Shown here piece after piece: positions 59,948-64,000 of a DNA stretch of 64,000 bases. Made by a program: the position numbers and the translations under genes. Below the pieces are notes generated by a model. That model searched no databases and had not been told where the DNA came from. It saw only the letters and a program-made list of their open reading frames with translations. Where the stretch lies: contig NC_058382.1 of assembly GCF_018350175.1 (NCBI RefSeq), positions 55,306,001-55,370,000 on the forward strand, given 5' to 3'. The DNA is from Felis catus (taxonomy: Eukaryota). How positions within the stretch are numbered: the stretch's first letter is position 1; each line of letters starts with the position of its first letter.

Positions 59948-62225
59948 GTAAGTGGACGGCACTGCAACTCTCACTCAGGGCAGGATCTGGCATTTGCCTC
60001 ACCTCAGTGTCACTTTTTCAAAGTAGGTTTCCAGATAAAATACTTGGCATGGAGTAAATGAAAGCGCATTCCCAAGTGTCTTTCACTACAGTGTTTTGGT
60101 TTGCTTTTTTCACGAGATGCTCTTGAAGGGGCCGGCGGTTAAGATGGACCAGGAAAGTGACATGCGGGAAAGTGACATGCGCCTAAGCTGTGATTTCGCT
60201 CATTTCCCAGGCTAAATAGGCATCCGCAGACCAGCGGTGTTTTGTGTGTTTCGATGTACACAGGAAAGTTCCATAGGTTTCTTCAGGCTGAAATGGAACG
60301 TTACTCTCAGATTAATGTTTGGCTGTGTTCTAGGCTCGGGCTCTTATTCCTTAAAATGTGCAAGAAACTTGCAATGTCAGCCTCTCCTTGCTCTTTGTTG
60401 TATGTTTTTTAGATGTCGAAGGGACTCTTACCTAGGTTGAAATTTTGCGGTTTGCCTGGCTGCTGTCAAGAAACTCGTGTCTCATCTGAGCCTTTTGTCT
60501 TCAAATCTGTCATTAGATGGCTAATGTTTCTTAATTGGATCAAGTTGGCAGTGTGTCCAGAAGGCAGTAGCTTGTTAGTTCAGCTGCCAGCTTTTTCTTT
60601 TTTTTTTTTCTTTTGTGTTTCTTTTTCCACTGCAAGTGTGAGGCCAAATTAGATTCCTCTGTGCTGTAAAACTGGTTTGTTTGGTTGTGAAGTTAGAGCT
60701 CGGATGGGGCTTTAATTAGGATTACCCACCGATATCCTGACCCAGAAAGTCCTGCCAAGGTGAGGCATCCGCTGTGGAATCCCTTTCGGGGAGTTTATCA
60801 CCTCGAGGCTGTGACCCGCTGGGATGAAGGCAAATTTGGGGTGTGCATGAAAGCCAATCAGCGACCTTCTCAATTTACTGAGAAATGGACTCAAAATGGT
60901 CCATTTTGCCTTTTACATGAACCCAGTAGTGAAATTCTCTCTTAAAATAAGATGCAAATTGGCACGTGTTGCAATTTTGGAGTGCTATGGAAAACAAGCT
61001 TCTTCAGTGGAAACAAACAAACAAAACAAACAAAAACCCCAAACAGATTGAAGGTAGAAAATACAGTTGGTCAATGGGACGTTTATCCACATGAATGTCT
61101 ACTATCCCCTGGAATCATGCCTCTAGAAGACTGGATAGGTTTCCCACTCTTTCACTTGAATTTTCAGGGTTGGCTGGGTGAACAGCTGTTATCATAGTCT
61201 AAAAGTCTCTGTTCTGTGTGTAGTGACAAGTACCCATGGTCTTCAGAATAATTCCAGGTTTGTATTTAGTGTACTTTCCCAGTTGTGTGAAAGAAGAAAG
61301 AACCATTAAGCATGTTAAAAAATAATAATAATAATAACAGTGATGCTGTGGTTGATGCTAATGGGACATGATCTCTTGGAAGTCTAAATATTCCTGGAAA
61401 ATCCATTCCAGGAAGCAGGACTCCTCAGGCCGATAAATAAAAATACTAAACCTTAGGGACTCTGGCAAACTTCAAGGTAACTGAGAAAACAGGAATTTTC
61501 TCTTGCTTATTTATCTTATCAATGTTCCTCTGCTTTCGAAGATGTAGGCATACAGAAATGTACAAGATACACATCCAAGTCAGTTAGCCTACATCAGCCA
61601 TCGAAACGTCCTGACTTGTGTTTCACTGCGTGTAAAATGACTGATTCAATTAGGAACTCAAGCCCAGTGACTAATCTCTCCGTGAAATGCTTAGCAATCA
61701 GAAAGCTTAGAATTAAGAATGGAGCTATGTCCATTTAAAGGTGACTAAAATGTCCCCTTAACAATTCTTTGTCCTTCTCATGAGGAATGCCATAGATTCA
61801 GTATAATTCGAGAGAAGGTTTCAAGACCTTTGTACTAAGTGGAGAAATGTAAAATGAATTCGTCTAGTAAGACCACAGCTCAGTAACAAATAAGTCGCCA
61901 TGACTTGAAAGAATCTTTGTTTCGGGTTGGCTTATGTTACACATCGATGCACATTTTAGTGTGGTGGGGAGGGGGAGGAAGGAATGTGGCAGTGTGTATC
62001 AAAAGCCACACATTTTATTTCTTTATCTGATAATTTAAGATTTAGAAACTTCTCTTGAAGAAATAATCGGAAATATTTAATCGGAATAATATAAAAGGGT
62101 AGGCGCCAAACAAAACGGCATATTCACAAAGTTTACAATCATGAAATATCAAGGGCAGTAATAAGAATGGTGACAGGTTACGGTCCATCCTCCGGGTGTT
62201 ACAATGGACGAGCATTAAAGATGAT

Positions 62226-62450
62226 GGGGCGCCCGGATGGCACAGTCAGTTGAGCGTCCGACTTCAGCTCAGGTCATGATCTCACAGTTTGTGAGTTTGA
62301 GCCCCGCGTCACACTCTGTGCTGACAGCTCGGAGCCTGGAGCCTACTTCAGATTCTGTGTCTCCCTCTCTCTCTACCCCTCCCCTGCTCATACTCTGTCT
62401 GTCTCTCTCTCTCAAAAATGAATAAACTTAAAAAAAAATTTAAAAAAAAG
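62226..62450 (+). mobile_element. Felid SINE in HSD17B2 intron 1
   Basis: Full SINE; AAAGATGA flanks. Confidence 0.92.
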
Positions 62451-63029
62451 ATGAAAACCACAGGACTGTGTCACAGAATGGAAAACCAGGTTAACGGGAG
62501 ACCCAGGGGATCCAGGTGTTTGAATAAATCTGTACCCACGGCACAGGGGTAGGAAAACACTGGAAGGAAATTGTGAATGGCTGGATTTGAGCACTTGGAT
62601 TTGTTTTCCCCCTAGAATTCCTCCAATGCAGTTATATTCCTCATATAACGAAAACATTTTAAGAAGAGAGCACGTTAAAAGGATGAAGTCTATTTTAGGA
62701 TATTATGGACCCAGAGATAGGAAAATTACAAGGAGAAGTTCAAATAAGTAACTTTTTTCTTTGAGTCCCTCATTTCATTTTGCTAAGACATTCAAACGTC
62801 TTTTGTTTCAGAGACATATAATTATAGTAAGAAGAAATAAGCACAGAGCTTTTGAAATGTCATGTTTGTCTTCAAGGCATCTGAAGCCGCAGTGGCCATT
62901 CAATTTTTTAAATGGCAGTGAAATTCGTGAGGAGCAGGCCCATAACGACTGCAACAGCATCTCAGGCACAACATAGTGGGGAAAATGTTGAAGTCCGATG
63001 GGTTTGGATTCGAATCCAGCATTTAGCTT

Positions 63030-63405
63030 GCCTTGGGCTGTGTTCTCCAGAAGCGGGGCTTGAGATGAGGATCTATGTGAAAGGGATTTAATGGGAGCGT
63101 TCCATTGTCCAAGGAACATTGGTCCTGGGGCATGGAAAACGGACGGGGAAGGGGAAGAAGCCAGGCTGTCCCCCTTGGAGGCCAGGGAACTGTAGTCCCA
63201 ATGCCCTCACACCTGTCAGTCATTAGTTAAGGACTGTCACCCCGCCTCCGAGGTGGGGAGGAGGGGAGGCTTAAATTCCCACCACTTGTGGCTTTCCGGG
63301 GCCACCCACAGGCAAAGTGAGCTCTAGTATCTGGGGGCAACATGTTGCCTGCTGACAGTGAAGTGATCCATGGATTAGAGCAAACAAAAATGGCCAAGGG
63401 ATCTA
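63030..63405. mobile_element. Ancient ERVL LTR (LTR33/LTR16-like)
   Basis: GTTCTCCAGAAGC..TGAGATGAGGAT.T.TGTG.AAG.GATTTA.TGGGAG..GGGGAAGAAGCC..CAGTCATT.G.T resembles the remembered consensus. Confidence 0.55.
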
Positions 63406-63530
63406 GAGTAGTGTGACATTACCTGTTACATACTTCTTAGTAGCCGTGTGACCATTGGTATCCATCTTTGGGCTTTTGAACTTCTGCTTTCTCCTCTGTA
63501 GACTGGAAATGACCGTAGATAGACAGACAG

Positions 63531-63564
<34 letters not shown>

Positions 63565-63570
63565 ACACAG
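63531..63570. repeat. (CA)n microsatellite followed by a purine-rich low-complexity tract
   Basis: Direct reading. Confidence 0.93.
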
Positions 63571-64000
63571 ACACTTATAGATGGCATTAGTGGAGGAGAG
63601 AGAGGAAGAAGGAAAGGGGGAGGAGAAAAAAGAGGGAGGGAGGGGGAGGTGATTTTGTGTATCAGGTGGTGAGGGGAGAGGTTTAAGTGTGGGGTTAGGT
63701 AGAACAAAGAGACAACAAAAAGAAAAAAGGAAAAGGCTGACAATGAAATGGAGAGAAGAAGCATTCATTTGTTTATTCAGCAACATGAACCGAGTGTTCA
63801 CTATGTGTTGTATATTGTCCAGAAGCAATGGGGGAAGAAAAATAAAGACCATGCAATTGTTATGTTGCCAACTGATGGGATCAAAGTTCTCAGTTTCCCT
63901 TGACTCTTGACTCACATTCCCTGGATTCCTCCTCCTCCTCCTCCTGTGAGGTGGTGCCTTATCCTTCTCAGCCTACTCTTTGAACTTGGTAGAAATGCAA

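Noticed and set aside
58955..60057. 193-aa and 176-aa ORFs as genes or as an N-terminal extension of HSD17B2
   Set aside because: They use non-ATG starts and run through promoter, CA repeat or intron; homology begins at ATG 59683 and ends at the donor at 59947
9513..62425. Recurrent short ORFs such as MAQSVKRPTSAQVMIS and GQRETEHERGRGRERG as a gene family
   Set aside because: All are translations of SINE copies

Overview
This is mammalian genomic DNA, almost certainly from a felid (cat family), judged by about 40 tRNA-derived carnivore SINEs of the SINEC_Fc type. It is not prokaryotic. The window covers the conserved PLCG2 - SDR42E1 - HSD17B2 locus. It contains the last two coding exons and poly(A) signal of PLCG2 (+), the complete SDR42E1 gene (-; CpG-island promoter, non-coding exon 1, two coding exons, intact 393-aa product) and the promoter and first coding exon of HSD17B2 (+). 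The rest is intron and intergenic DNA rich in repeats: SINEs, L1, L2, CR1, MaLR/ERV LTRs, and Tigger and hAT DNA transposons. There is also an RPL23A processed pseudogene and a 30-nt U6 snRNA retrocopy with perfect target-site duplications. I found no evidence for a new multi-gene biological system. The most notable observations are retrotransposition footprints: an internally primed U6 fragment, reciprocal LTR-in-SINE and SINE-in-LTR nesting, a collapsed and scrambled L1, and a retrocopy inside an MLT1 LTR. A C-rich VNTR also lies just upstream of the PLCG2 terminal exon. Repeat family names and orthologue comparisons come from memory of consensus sequences, not from searches, and repeat boundaries are approximate unless TSDs are quoted.
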